NCBI GenBank assembly: GCA_046483315.1
Contig: JAWODJ010000114.1
Coordinates: forward strand, 4,241 to 68,240
Source: Bacteroidales bacterium
GTDB taxonomy: Bacteria; Bacteroidota; Bacteroidia; Bacteroidales; PUMT01
Reading direction: 5' to 3'
DNA length: 64,000 bases
This document shows, piece by piece, positions 1 through 10,159 of this stretch. The translations under genes were made by a program, and so were the position numbers. The notes beneath the pieces are model-generated. The model was not told the DNA's origin. It worked only from the letters and a program-made list of their open reading frames with translations, and made no database searches. How positions within the stretch are numbered: position 1 is the first letter of the stretch; every line of letters starts with the position of its first letter.

Positions 1-465
1 GGGCGGCGGACTGTTTTGGATTTCCCGGACCATTGCTTCTATCTCAAATTCATTATTACAATATGTCTCCCAACCTACAGAAAGTGTTTTATCCCTTAAG
101 AGGAAGATATATATGGGAATAAAAAAACTGACAGGGGGAAATTTTATATAGTCCGGATGGACCGAAGAAAGTGCTTCTGTTTCATTTTTCAGGTCATAAC
201 CCAGGTGTCCGAAAATCCAGTCATCACTGTCTGATACAAATCTCTCAAGTGCAGGTAACAACTTCCCGTGTTGAGGACTGAATGTTTTCAGTGAACCAAT
301 TCCGGCAATAACATCATAGTCGTGATATGTATGATCAGATGTAAGAATGTTAGGATAATTGTTTGAATCAAGAATACATATTTCCTTGTAATTTCTGCTC
401 CACGACAACAACTTCTTGGTAAAGAGAGATACATCGTCAATATAATAGCTGCTGAATTTTCGCAT
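1..465 (-). CDS. Partial CDS (N-terminal 155 codons; runs off the left edge), aminodeoxychorismate/anthranilate synthase component I-like (PabB/TrpE family)
   Basis: Not in the ORF track because it is truncated. Reverse-strand ATG at 465-463, open in frame to position 1. Translation: MRKFSSYYIDDVSLFTKKLLSWSRNYKEICILDSNNYPN...DDWIFGHLGYDLKNETEAL. This resembles N-termini of Bacteroidota PabB-type enzymes as I remember them. The catalytic C-terminal part is outside the window. Confidence 0.5.
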   Translation of the reverse strand, partial: MRKFSSYYIDDVSLFTKKLLSWSRNYKEICILDSNNYPNILTSDHTYHDYDVIAGIGSLKTFSPQHGKLLPALERFVSDSDDWIFGHLGYDLKNETEALSSVHPDYIKFPPVSFFIPIYIFLLRDKTLSVGWETYCNNEFEIEAMVREIQNSPPP

Positions 466-782
466 ATGGTAAAAATAGAGATTGATCCTGGTTTTTTACT
501 GAATATGCCCCTGAAATATTCAATTATGGCAGAGGGGGTATCTTATGATTCCGGAACCTTGTTACCCTCAACCCCCTGTTACAGATATTTTTTACGACAA
601 TATCCGGCTGATGATATCTTTTGCTGATCGGGATGAAACGATCATACTTAAAATAATTTATACGGTCAGTGAAAAAAAACAGCCGGTCATTTTCTGTTAT
701 ACTATTTTTTTTACCTTTACCTCTTTATTCTGTGAATAATTTTATTATGTAAATATTTTTAACCTTAATTTTAAACTGGATT

Positions 783-1742
783 ATGAAAGAGTATGTAATA
801 GGTATTGACATTGGAGGTACTTTTACCAAAAGCGGTTTTGTTGATCACGAAGGTAACTGTTATGCTGAATCTGTAACTCCGACTGATGTATATGATAATG
901 TTGATGATTATCTTGAGAATCTTGTATCAGAGCTTAAAAATGCTGAAAAACAGCTTGAAGCACCATATAAGATAATTGGAGTAGGCATTGGTGCACCCAA
1001 TGGAAACTTTCATCACGGAACTATTGAAAATGCAACCAATCTCAAATGGAGGGGCGTGATCCCTTTTGCAGATATGGTTAATAAGCATTATAAAGTTCCC
1101 GTGCGACTTACCAATGATGCAAATGCCGCAGCTCTCGGGGAGATGGTCTATGGCGGAGCAAAAGGAATGAAAAATTTCATTATGATAACCCTGGGTACCG
1201 GACTGGGGAGCGGGTTAGTTGTTAACGGAGACCTCGTATACGGGCATGATGGATTTGCAGGGGAACTGGGGCATGTTAATGTTGTTGAAAACGGAAGAAA
1301 ATGCGGTTGCGGAAATTTAGGCTGCCTGGAAACGTATGTCTCTGCACCCGGAATCAAAAGAACTGTTTTTGAGATCATGGCATCTGACAGTGACGGAAGT
1401 GATCTGGTAAATTACAGCTTCAGTGAGCTTGATTCAGAAATGATATATAATGCTGCCCGGAAAGACGACCCTGTTGCACTGAAAGCCTTTGATGCCACCG
1501 GTAAAATACTTGGCAGAAAACTTGCCGATTCAGTTGCGCATACAAGTCCGGAAGCTGTTTTCCTGCTTGGTGGTCTATCCAAATCAGGCGACTATATATT
1601 CAAGCCTACCAAAAAATATTTGGAAGAGAGTGTTATGGGCACATTTAGGAACAAAGTCAGCATACTGCCCTCTCAGCTGACAGATAAGAATGCAGCGGTA
1701 CTGGGAGCCAGTGCCCTGATATGGAAAGAGGCTGATAAATAA
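783..1742 (+). CDS. ROK-family glucokinase
   Basis: 319 aa. N-terminal ATP-binding GIDIGGTFTK, DANAAALGE, and the ROK zinc motif GHxxxxxxGRKCGCGNLGCLETYVS. Confidence 0.85.
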   Translation: MKEYVIGIDIGGTFTKSGFVDHEGNCYAESVTPTDVYDNVDDYLENLVSELKNAEKQLEAPYKIIGVGIGAPNGNFHHGTIENATNLKWRGVIPFADMVNKHYKVPVRLTNDANAAALGEMVYGGAKGMKNFIMITLGTGLGSGLVVNGDLVYGHDGFAGELGHVNVVENGRKCGCGNLGCLETYVSAPGIKRTVFEIMASDSDGSDLVNYSFSELDSEMIYNAARKDDPVALKAFDATGKILGRKLADSVAHTSPEAVFLLGGLSKSGDYIFKPTKKYLEESVMGTFRNKVSILPSQLTDKNAAVLGASALIWKEADK

Positions 1743-1855
1743 TTTTGGATGTAGATCCGGTTCTGTTAGTTTATCAGGGTTTTGGAATTAATCATTAATG
1801 TATTGAATATAGGATACAGCTTAAACCAAATTGTTTAATAATTAAATCAATTACC

Positions 1856-3286
1856 ATGTCAAATCAAAACAATACACTGAGAGTGGGAATGATATTCATT
1901 TCCATGATTTATTTCATTTTCGGTTTTGTGACCACTTTTATTATAACCCTGAGTGACCCTGTGATGGAAGCTTTCGATCTGACTTACACACAGGGCTTTT
2001 TGGTTAATTCAGCATTCTTTATTTCGTATGCTGTTTTTTCAATACCTTCGGGAAGTGTGGTTAAAAGGATTGGCTATAAAAATTCCATATTTTTAGGGCT
2101 GATTCTGATGTCTTTTGCAGGATTTTTATTTTTTCCTGCTATCAGGACAGAATCATATCCCTTTTTCCTTGGAGCTATATTGCTTCTTTCCCTTGGTGTA
2201 GTTATTCTGCAGACTTCATGCAATCCTTTTGTTACAAAGCTGGGACCCCCTGAAACAGCTTCGGGAAGGCTTAATCTTACAATGGCACTTAATTCAATTG
2301 CCACCTGGTTGGCGCCTCTTATGATTGTGGGACTTATTCTTCCTGCTGCTGTTCCTCAAATCGGAGCGGCAGTTGACGGATTGGCAAGTGAGGTGATTCC
2401 CGAGGCTATTCGACCGGGCGACCTCCTTCCTCCGTTTTTAATTATAGGTGGTGTTATTTTGCTGGTAGCTATTGGCATAAGATTTATTAAACTTCCGGTA
2501 TTAAGCCAGGAAGGTCTCGGGAATTACGCGACGGTTTTTAAATACAGACACGTGCTTCTTGGGGCACTCGGAATCTTTTGTTATGTTGGAGCCGAAGTCG
2601 GTATAGGTACGGCTATATCCTCCTATGTTGTTCAGCCCGGCCTGGGAGGAGGTGTCAGCAGGGAACTGGCTCTGAAATTTGTTGGTTTGTACTGGGCAGG
2701 TGCCATGATAGGCCGTTTGTTTGCTGCGATTGCCCTTTCCGATGTTAAAAATAAGAAAATGAAACTTATTTTTGCCGGTGCTATAGTGATTTGGGCATTT
2801 ATAGTTGGTTTTGTAACACTTGAATACAGCTTGCCAATGTCACTTACTTTCCTTGGTTTTGTTGTATTGAATTATTTCCTGATGATGATTGGAAGGGGAA
2901 AGGCCAATCTTGTTCTTTCTGTTTTTGCAGTAGTTGCTATCATACTGGCAATAACTTCAATGCTCTCTACAGGAAGGGTTGCACTTTGGGCAATTGTATC
3001 AATAGGTTTGTTTAATTCTGTAATGTTCCCCAATATATATTCATTAGCAGTTAAAGGGCTTGACAGAAGCGAAGTCAGTTTGGCCACCGGAGTAATAAAT
3101 ACGTTTATAGTTGGTGGAGCAGTTATTCCCATTTTTATGGGTATGGTTGGTGATGCATTAAATATTCAATATTCATTTATCGTACCAGTGATCTGTTATC
3201 TTTATATTTTATTCTTTGCGTTGGTAGGAAGCAAGCTTCCTCCGGCGGGAGAAACTGCTGCGCCCGGTCCTGCGGCATCTGAATAA
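1856..3286 (+). CDS. MFS sugar transporter, FucP/GluP (fucose or glucose/galactose:H+ symporter) family
   Basis: 476 aa with about 12 hydrophobic segments. Overall similarity to the FHS-family MFS. Sits directly downstream of the glucokinase. Confidence 0.8.
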   Translation: MSNQNNTLRVGMIFISMIYFIFGFVTTFIITLSDPVMEAFDLTYTQGFLVNSAFFISYAVFSIPSGSVVKRIGYKNSIFLGLILMSFAGFLFFPAIRTESYPFFLGAILLLSLGVVILQTSCNPFVTKLGPPETASGRLNLTMALNSIATWLAPLMIVGLILPAAVPQIGAAVDGLASEVIPEAIRPGDLLPPFLIIGGVILLVAIGIRFIKLPVLSQEGLGNYATVFKYRHVLLGALGIFCYVGAEVGIGTAISSYVVQPGLGGGVSRELALKFVGLYWAGAMIGRLFAAIALSDVKNKKMKLIFAGAIVIWAFIVGFVTLEYSLPMSLTFLGFVVLNYFLMMIGRGKANLVLSVFAVVAIILAITSMLSTGRVALWAIVSIGLFNSVMFPNIYSLAVKGLDRSEVSLATGVINTFIVGGAVIPIFMGMVGDALNIQYSFIVPVICYLYILFFALVGSKLPPAGETAAPGPAASE

Positions 3287-3308
3287 CAGATGTAATTTAC
3301 CATTTAAT

Positions 3309-3336
3309 AAAACGAGGCTCCCGGGAGCCTCGTTTT
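3309..3336 (+). terminator. Rho-independent terminator (perfect palindrome, could act in both directions)
   Basis: AAAACGAGGCTCCCGGGAGCCTCGTTTT, 22 nt after the permease stop. GC-rich stem flanked by an A-run and a T-run. Confidence 0.7.
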
Positions 3337-3489
3337 ATTAAATGATGTGTCGTGTATGGCAGACAGCCGGGTGGTGAAAGTCCGTTACGGGGGTTTGTAG
3401 TCGCCAACCATTAGCTTAAGGCAAGGGTTTCCATTGCGGGGTGGAGTATAATAATACTTTGGGATATCTGAACTCTCTTTTATCCTGTT

Positions 3490-3609
3490 TTATTTTTCAG
3501 GTTCCTCTCTTTTTGATCTGTTACCGATTATGCCTTTAAAATAAAGAAAAACAATAATCAGGATAATAAGTGCTATGAATACCCTTGAATATGGTGCGAA
3601 TAAGTACAT
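3490..3609 (-). CDS. Possible 39-aa hydrophobic micro-protein
   Basis: Hand translation MYLFAPYSRVFIALIILIIVFLYFKGIIGNRSKREEPEK*. One predicted TM helix. Below the ORF-track size cutoff. No homology evidence. Confidence 0.25.
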   Translation of the reverse strand: MYLFAPYSRVFIALIILIIVFLYFKGIIGNRSKREEPEK

Positions 3610-3625
3610 ACCTTAACTGAGTTTG

Positions 3626-4423
3626 TTAATCAATAATATTTCTTATTACTCTCAGCTTGTGTGTATATTGTTTTAGTGCGCTGTTATATATTCCCTGGTG
3701 GTCTATCCTGTCAGTTCTTACATGTCCGGAGGCATGAACTATTTCTTGCTGGCCGGTTATTATGCCGGTATGAATGATCTCCCCCTCTTCGTTATCAAAA
3801 AATGCCAGATCGCCGGGCCTGGCTTCGTTAATAAAGTTAACAGCAGATCCTGCTTTAACCTGTTGTTTTGAATCCCTTGGAATACTCCTGCCGAATATCT
3901 TCATAACTATTTGTGTAAGGCCTGAACAGTCCATTCCAAAAGGGTTTTTCCCTCCCCATAGATAGGGGATATTTATAAATGTACGGACTGCCTGGCTGAT
4001 ATTCTCCCTGATATCTTCCTGCTGATAGAATAGTGGTTCCTGCAGGCATGAGAAGTTAAAGCCATTGAAATGAAAACTGTTGGATGCATGTTTGTATCCG
4101 TATAATGAGCTTCCTGCAGGGATATAAAAGGGCTGTCTGCCATTAACATCTGAAACCGAAAGTAAGAGACTGCCAAGTATCTGTGGAGGAGAGCTTAGCA
4201 GCTGCAATGCGGTTTCTTCATTTACGTGATGAACCATAGGGTTGTATAGCCAGCCCTGGTATCCGTCATGACATATTTCAACAAAACTCCACTTTTGCTG
4301 TTTTTCCATAATAATCACCAGCTCTCCGAAAAGAACCTGACTGGTCATCTCATCTTTTTCTGATGGCCCGGATCTTAATGGAACAACCGGCAGGACTGAT
4401 AAGGCATAATGCATAAAATTCAA
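3626..4423 (-). CDS. NlpC/P60 (C40) cell-wall peptidase with N-terminal SH3-like domain
   Basis: 265 aa. Catalytic region YLWGGKNPFGMDCSGLTQIV ... GDLAFFDNEEGEIIHTGII ... HAS is typical of the NlpC/P60 Cys-His pair. Confidence 0.8.
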   Translation of the reverse strand: MNFMHYALSVLPVVPLRSGPSEKDEMTSQVLFGELVIIMEKQQKWSFVEICHDGYQGWLYNPMVHHVNEETALQLLSSPPQILGSLLLSVSDVNGRQPFYIPAGSSLYGYKHASNSFHFNGFNFSCLQEPLFYQQEDIRENISQAVRTFINIPYLWGGKNPFGMDCSGLTQIVMKIFGRSIPRDSKQQVKAGSAVNFINEARPGDLAFFDNEEGEIIHTGIITGQQEIVHASGHVRTDRIDHQGIYNSALKQYTHKLRVIRNIID

Positions 4424-4683
4424 ATATGTATAAAATTTTGGAGCTTATTTTAAGACAAAAATCTGGTTCTTTTTTATAGGAGAAATATACATTATTAAAT
4501 TCTTTTAGCCATTTTTATCTGATGTAAAATTCATGTCTTTTTGTTCGACCTGGCATATGGATGATTCATCTGACAAATATTGCCAAAAGATTTTATATAA
4601 ACACTAAAAATCGACGAAGTCAAATTTTTTTATAATTATCAAATAACAGAGCCGGCAGGTTGGATATAGAGGAAAAAAATATG

Positions 4684-4691
4684 TAGGTTTG
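4684..4691 (+). promoter_or_regulatory. Bacteroidota-type -7 promoter box (TAnnTTTG)
   Basis: TAGGTTTG lies 38 nt upstream of the ATG at 4729. No clear -33 TTTG seen. Confidence 0.3.
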
Positions 4692-4728
4692 CTTTTTGGG
4701 AGCATAATATGTCGCTTAATCAAAATTC

Positions 4729-6873
4729 ATGGAAAGAATCCTGGAATTATTTAAAAAATACTATAACGGGATAGTTGTTATCTCACTGTTCGTGATTACT
4801 GCCCTGCTTATCTTGTATTTGCTTCCCCGGGAAGGTAAATTCAGGTATGAATATCAACGGGGTCGTCCGTGGATGCATGAAACACTGATTGCCCCCTTTA
4901 ACTTTCCCATATATAAATCCGAATCGGAACTGGAAGCTGAACGGGATAGTGTTCTGGAAGATTTCCGTCCCTATTTCCAGTATGACAGTCTGGTGTATGA
5001 TTCGATCATTAAGGCTTATAATAGTTATTTTCAGAGAAGCTGGGAAGGTTATTTTAATAATCAATCTGAATCAGGTGTTGATATGCCTGAATTTCCTGTG
5101 AGTGAGAATCCTGATTTCATGAATATTAAGGATGCTTTTATTGATTTCAGCAGTGGGTTGTTGAGAGAAGTGTATGAGCAGGGTATTCTTGACCCGGTGG
5201 AGGCTGCAGACAGGGGCTTTTCTTTAGAGGAATCAATAATAATTGTAAAAAACAATATTGGAGAGAGAACTTCCCCTGAAGAGTTCTTTACTCAGAAATC
5301 AGCATACGAACATATTACAGGAAAGATTGATGAATGGCTTTCTGCAGAACTCAGTGATAAGCCATCGTATATGGCTGAGTTTTTTAATACCCTGGAATAC
5401 AGCGACTTTGTCATGCCTAATTTGTTTTTTGATGAGGCAACAACCAACAGGGTGCGTCAGAGCCTGCTGGAAGATATTTCTCATGCCAGGGGAATGGTAC
5501 AGGCGGGAGAACGTATTGTATCCAAGGGTGATCTGATAACCGGTGATATTTTTCTGATACTTGAATCTCTCAGAAGGGAATATGAAACAAAGTTGCGTGG
5601 CGCAAATCTTAATATGATTCTTTTGGGACAGTTTATTCTTGTCTTTAGCCTGGTAATCATTCTTTACCTCTTTTTATATAACTTCAGACGTGAGATACTC
5701 CATAATATCCGTAAGACACTTTTCATTCTTTTCCTGCTGTTTATGATGGTTTTTATGTCTATAATGTTTATCAGGTTCAGCATGATCAGTTTTTATATAG
5801 TTCCTTTTGCGATCGTACCCATAATTATGAGAACTTTTTATGACGAGAGGCTTGCCCTGTTTATTCATACCATCATATTGCTGCTTGTCGGTTTCTTTGC
5901 TCCCAACAGTTTTGAATTTGTTTTTCTGAATTTTGTAATTGGTATTGTTGCAATATTCAGCCTTACTAATCTGCATCGCCGCAGCAAATTATTCTTTACC
6001 GCCGTTATAATTATCCTGTCATATTCCCTGCTGTATTTTGGAATTGCTATTATCCAGGAAAGAAGCATCGAAGCAATTGAATGGATCAATTTTGTGTGGT
6101 TTGGAGGTAATGGACTGCTTGTGCTCACTACCTATCCATTACTATATATTTTTGAAAAAACGTTTGGTTTTATATCTGATGCAACACTAATGGAGCTGTC
6201 AGATACAAATCAGCCTCTTTTACGAAAACTTGCTGAAGAAGCGCCAGGTACTTTTCAGCATTCTATCCAGGTGGCTAACCTTTCTGAGGCGGCTGTTAAT
6301 GAGATAGGAGGGAATCCTCTCCTTGTAAGGACAGGAGCTTTATATCATGATATAGGCAAGATGTCAAATCCTTTTTATTTTATTGAAAATCAGACTTCAG
6401 GTTATAATCCGCATAATTCACTCGAATTTGAAGAAAGCGCACAAATGATCATCTCGCACGTAACAAAAGGTGTTGAAATGGCAAAAAAGAATAATCTGCC
6501 TGTACAGATCATTGATTTTATCCTCACCCATCACGGAACGACCAGGGTTCAGTATTTTTACAAGTCATATCTTAACAAGTATCCTGATGATGAGGTTGAT
6601 GCTGGCAAATATACTTATCCCGGACCCAGGCCATTCTCAAAGGAGACAGCAGCACTGATGATGGCCGATTCTGTTGAGGCTGCCTCCAGAAGCCTTAAAG
6701 AGATTAATATGGAATCTATCAATGCGTTGGTTGACTCAATTATAGATAACCAGGTCAGTGAAGAGCAATTCGCAAATACTGAAATTACATTCAGGGATAT
6801 TTCAAAGATAAAGGAGGTTTATAAGAAGAAACTTCGCAATATTTATCATGCAAGGGTTGCATATCCGGAATAA
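4729..6873 (+). CDS. 7TM-receptor/HD-domain phosphohydrolase (PgpH/YqfF family, HDIG protein)
   Basis: 714 aa. Extracellular N-domain, a 7-TM block (residues about 295-470), and a C-terminal HD domain with HSIQVANL...LYHDIGK...THHG. Confidence 0.85.
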   Translation: MERILELFKKYYNGIVVISLFVITALLILYLLPREGKFRYEYQRGRPWMHETLIAPFNFPIYKSESELEAERDSVLEDFRPYFQYDSLVYDSIIKAYNSYFQRSWEGYFNNQSESGVDMPEFPVSENPDFMNIKDAFIDFSSGLLREVYEQGILDPVEAADRGFSLEESIIIVKNNIGERTSPEEFFTQKSAYEHITGKIDEWLSAELSDKPSYMAEFFNTLEYSDFVMPNLFFDEATTNRVRQSLLEDISHARGMVQAGERIVSKGDLITGDIFLILESLRREYETKLRGANLNMILLGQFILVFSLVIILYLFLYNFRREILHNIRKTLFILFLLFMMVFMSIMFIRFSMISFYIVPFAIVPIIMRTFYDERLALFIHTIILLLVGFFAPNSFEFVFLNFVIGIVAIFSLTNLHRRSKLFFTAVIIILSYSLLYFGIAIIQERSIEAIEWINFVWFGGNGLLVLTTYPLLYIFEKTFGFISDATLMELSDTNQPLLRKLAEEAPGTFQHSIQVANLSEAAVNEIGGNPLLVRTGALYHDIGKMSNPFYFIENQTSGYNPHNSLEFEESAQMIISHVTKGVEMAKKNNLPVQIIDFILTHHGTTRVQYFYKSYLNKYPDDEVDAGKYTYPGPRPFSKETAALMMADSVEAASRSLKEINMESINALVDSIIDNQVSEEQFANTEITFRDISKIKEVYKKKLRNIYHARVAYPE

Positions 6874-6881
6874 CACCATGG

Positions 6882-7529
6882 CTACCAGCGCATATCTATA
6901 ACTTCTACCCCCGGGTAATCTGATTTATTGAATAGAAAGAATGAACCGGGCAGTTCACCGGTAAAATTAAAATCATTGACTATAAGAGTATATCTGTTAC
7001 CGTCTTTTCCGGCAATTACCGCTGAATGCAGTATATGATCCTCCTGTCTTATGAAAAGTTTTACGGTATGAAAATCATGATCAAGTTCAACCGGATGCAG
7101 ATCTATCTCATAAAGCGTTATCCTTTCGTGATTTTCTTCTCCTATAAACCGGTAGCTGAACTCTTCATTGTATATGGTGAAAAGTTTTGCAGGATTAGAG
7201 ATAAGGCCGCCACTCTCTTCAGGGTCACTTATTATTACTTCGTTTACCTCCGGCATATAGGTGTATACCGATTTGCCGTCAAACCGGGTTTCTGTCTCCA
7301 TGAAACTTAACCTGTATTTATCATTGCTGATTATTATCTCTCCTTCAAACTCTTCAGGTATATCATCCCTGAGGCTTGATACAATAACCGTAAAGTCTAT
7401 TGATACAGAGGGAGCTGAAATTACCTGTTCTGAAAATTGTTCAAGAATTTTCCGGGCTTTTTCCTCCTGCTGTGTGCCTGACATATTGCCGTAACAAACA
7501 ATCAGAAGTGTGATAAGGACTATATACAT
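6882..7529 (-). CDS. lolA: LolA-like outer-membrane lipoprotein carrier protein
   Basis: 215 aa with an N-terminal signal-like segment. Directly downstream of ftsK, which is the conserved ftsK-lolA arrangement. Sequence character of a beta-rich LolA fold. Confidence 0.65.
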   Translation of the reverse strand: MYIVLITLLIVCYGNMSGTQQEEKARKILEQFSEQVISAPSVSIDFTVIVSSLRDDIPEEFEGEIIISNDKYRLSFMETETRFDGKSVYTYMPEVNEVIISDPEESGGLISNPAKLFTIYNEEFSYRFIGEENHERITLYEIDLHPVELDHDFHTVKLFIRQEDHILHSAVIAGKDGNRYTLIVNDFNFTGELPGSFFLFNKSDYPGVEVIDMRW

Positions 7530-7541
7530 TCTTTTAAGACT

Positions 7542-9920
7542 TTAATTATTCAATTCTCTCAATAACTGTTCCAAACTGTATTCGTCCTGTATTAAAACCT
7601 GCCGTGCTTTGCTGCCTTCAAAAGAACCCACTATACCGGCGGCTTCCAGCTGGTCAATTATCCGTCCGGCGCGGTTATATCCGATTGAAAACTTTCTCTG
7701 AATAAGAGAAGTTGAGCCCTGCTGGTGCTGGACAACCAGTCTGGCTGCTTCATCAAAAATATCATCCCTTTTCCTCAGATCGACTTCGGCCGTTTCCTGT
7801 CCTGAATCCCCAACATATTCAGGTAAAAGATGGGCGGTGGCATACCCTTTCTGAGATCCGATAAATTCAGTTATGCGGTCAATCTCAGGGGTATCGATAA
7901 AAGCACATTGTAATCTTATCATTTCATTTCCTGCAGTGATCAGCATATCACCCCTCCCTATGAGCTGGTTGGCACCCGGTGTATCAAGTATGGTTCTGGA
8001 ATCCATCATGGAGGTTACCCTGAAGGCTATGCGGCTTGGAAAGTTTGCCTTGATAACTCCCGTTATAATATTTGTTGTAGGACGCTGTGTTGCTATTACC
8101 AGATGAATTCCTATTGCTCTTGCCAGCTGTGCAAGTCTTGCCAGGGGAGTCTCTATTTCGCGTCCGGCAGTCATAATCAGATCTGCAAATTCATCGATTA
8201 TAACAACAATGTATGGCATATAGCGGTGGCCTTTTTCAGGGTTCAGCCGGCGTGCTGTGAATTTGGCATTATACTCCTTTATATTTCTTACATGTGCCTC
8301 CTTAAGCAGATTGTATCTCTCATCCATTTCTATGGTAAGCGACTGCAGTGTATGAATAACCTTCTCCGTATCTGTAATTATGGCTTCTTCAGTGTCGGGC
8401 AGTTTGGCAAGGTAGTGGTTCTCTATTTTTGAATAAACTGTGAGCTCCACCTTTTTGGGATCTATCAGTACAAACTTTAATTGTGCCGGATGTTTTTTAT
8501 ATAGAAGTGAAGTGAGTATGGCATTAAGGCCTACTGATTTTCCCTGTCCCGTTGCTCCGGCAATAAGAAGGTGTGGCATCCTGGTGAGATCAACGGCAAA
8601 AGTATCGTTCGATATTGTCTTGCCCAGAACTATGGGAAGCTCATATTTTGCTTCCTGGAATTTCAAAGAACTTATAACTGAGCGCATTGATACTATCTCA
8701 GGATTCTGGTTGGGAACTTCAATGCCGATGGTGCCTCTTCCCGGGATTGGTGCAATTATTCTGATTCCCAGCGCGGAGAGGCTCAAGGCAATATCATCTT
8801 CAAGATTTTTTATCTTGGAAATGCGGATACCAGGGGCAGGGACTATCTCATATAAAGTTACCGTAGGACCGATCGTAGCTGTTATTTTATCTATCTGGAT
8901 CTTGTAATTGCCAAGAGTCTCAACTATCCTGTTTTTATTGGTTAGAAGTTCCTCTTTGCTTACTGAGCTTTCGGCTGATTTGTATAGTTCAAGAAGGTTT
9001 ACGGGAGGAAATTTATAGGAGGGAAGATCAAGGGTCGGATCATAATCCTCAACAGTATGAGTATCTATAAGGTCTTCCGAAAGGCTATGATCATCAGCTT
9101 TTTTTTCTTTTACCAGCAGTCTGATGCTATCTTTATCTTCGTTTTCTTCTTCATATATACTTCCCTCATGACTTTGGCTGCCTTCATTGTCAATTTCGAA
9201 AGGTTCGTCTCTTTTAATGACATTTTCTCCGGCAATTGATTCTGCTGCTTCAGGTTGTGTCAGATTAATGTTATCGTTATTATTACTTTTTCCGGTTTCG
9301 GGGTTTCTGATATTTATCTTCCAGGCGATGTTTTTAATGATCTCAGATGAGCGTTTTACCGAGAAAAGCAATAAGAAAAAGAAAAGAAGGATTAATAGAA
9401 ATGCTGTACCCGTTTTTCCTATAAAGGCATTTAGCCATTCTGCCATAAAATATCCATGGGCGCCGCCTGGACCGCTTCCCAGAAATCCTCCGGCATCTTT
9501 GAATATGTAGCCAAGGGTTAAAGATAAAATGATAGCGCCCGCCACTGTTATCCTCAATGTCCTTCCATATGGGGCCAGTCTGATCCTTATCAGCTTAAAA
9601 CCGGTCAATATCAGAATAAGAGGTATGCAGAATGAAGCTATCCCGAACCATTTGTTAATAAATAGAGATGAGAGCCATGCCCCGGTTTTGCCTGCCCAGT
9701 TTTCAACCCTGATATCCGGATTTGAAATAATTTTTTCCCATTCAAAGCTCTGGTCGGTTTTCCATGTAAAGAAGTAGGATACAAATGATAAGGTCAGAAA
9801 TAAGGCGAAAATCAAAATAAAACTGCCAAGGGCAAGTCTGAAACGTTCATCCCTGAAAAATCCGCTTGTACCTTTTGGTTTTTTTACGGTTTGCTCTTTT
9901 TGTTCTTTTGCTGAAACCAT
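7542..9920 (-). CDS. ftsK: DNA translocase FtsK
   Basis: 792 aa. N-terminal TM segments, an acidic linker, the motor domain with Walker A GATGQGKS and Walker B VVIIDEFADL, and a C-terminal gamma winged-helix (STSLIQRKFSIGYNRAGRIIDQLE). Confidence 0.95.
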   Translation of the reverse strand: MVSAKEQKEQTVKKPKGTSGFFRDERFRLALGSFILIFALFLTLSFVSYFFTWKTDQSFEWEKIISNPDIRVENWAGKTGAWLSSLFINKWFGIASFCIPLILILTGFKLIRIRLAPYGRTLRITVAGAIILSLTLGYIFKDAGGFLGSGPGGAHGYFMAEWLNAFIGKTGTAFLLILLFFFLLLFSVKRSSEIIKNIAWKINIRNPETGKSNNNDNINLTQPEAAESIAGENVIKRDEPFEIDNEGSQSHEGSIYEEENEDKDSIRLLVKEKKADDHSLSEDLIDTHTVEDYDPTLDLPSYKFPPVNLLELYKSAESSVSKEELLTNKNRIVETLGNYKIQIDKITATIGPTVTLYEIVPAPGIRISKIKNLEDDIALSLSALGIRIIAPIPGRGTIGIEVPNQNPEIVSMRSVISSLKFQEAKYELPIVLGKTISNDTFAVDLTRMPHLLIAGATGQGKSVGLNAILTSLLYKKHPAQLKFVLIDPKKVELTVYSKIENHYLAKLPDTEEAIITDTEKVIHTLQSLTIEMDERYNLLKEAHVRNIKEYNAKFTARRLNPEKGHRYMPYIVVIIDEFADLIMTAGREIETPLARLAQLARAIGIHLVIATQRPTTNIITGVIKANFPSRIAFRVTSMMDSRTILDTPGANQLIGRGDMLITAGNEMIRLQCAFIDTPEIDRITEFIGSQKGYATAHLLPEYVGDSGQETAEVDLRKRDDIFDEAARLVVQHQQGSTSLIQRKFSIGYNRAGRIIDQLEAAGIVGSFEGSKARQVLIQDEYSLEQLLRELNN

Positions 9921-10006
9921 GATATTTTTAAGTACCTAATCCTGCCTCTTCCGGTAATTTAACCTGTCAGGTTCATTATTAAATGAAGTGCTGTCTCTTT
10001 CGCCTG

Positions 10007-10021
10007 TAAATTTGCAAATTT
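10007..10021 (+). promoter_or_regulatory. -7-like box TAAATTTG embedded in a perfect 14-bp palindrome AAATTTGCAAATTT
   Basis: Read directly from the ftsK/arcC divergent intergenic region, about 145 nt upstream of the arcC ATG. Confidence 0.25.
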
Positions 10022-10159
10022 TTATCCAAGATCCCCCTTTTTTTTAAAAATAACAAAAGCCAAATTGTTACTGTATCAATTTCAGTATGGGAATTTAATA
10101 AATATCAGAAAAATATTATAGCTTTGTATACTTAACTATGAGTTAGTAAATAACTGTAT

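Noticed and set aside
545-739. 64-aa ORF in the pabB-like/glucokinase divergent intergenic region
   Set aside because: No motifs and an odd composition. The region is more plausibly promoter DNA for the two divergent genes.
3366-3390. GCCGGGTGGTGAAAGTCCGTTACGG, which resembles the GGTGAAAATCCGG core of cobalamin riboswitches and the GGAAAGTCCGG of RNase P RNA
   Set aside because: There is no B12 box (GCCACTG), and the other universally conserved RNase P segments are absent. The available space is too short for RNase P RNA, and there is no downstream gene in the right orientation for a riboswitch.
8440-8907. 155-aa plus-strand ORF inside ftsK, and a similar 141-aa ORF at 15342-15767 inside rpoD
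   Set aside because: These are shadow ORFs opposite highly conserved genes with no independent support.
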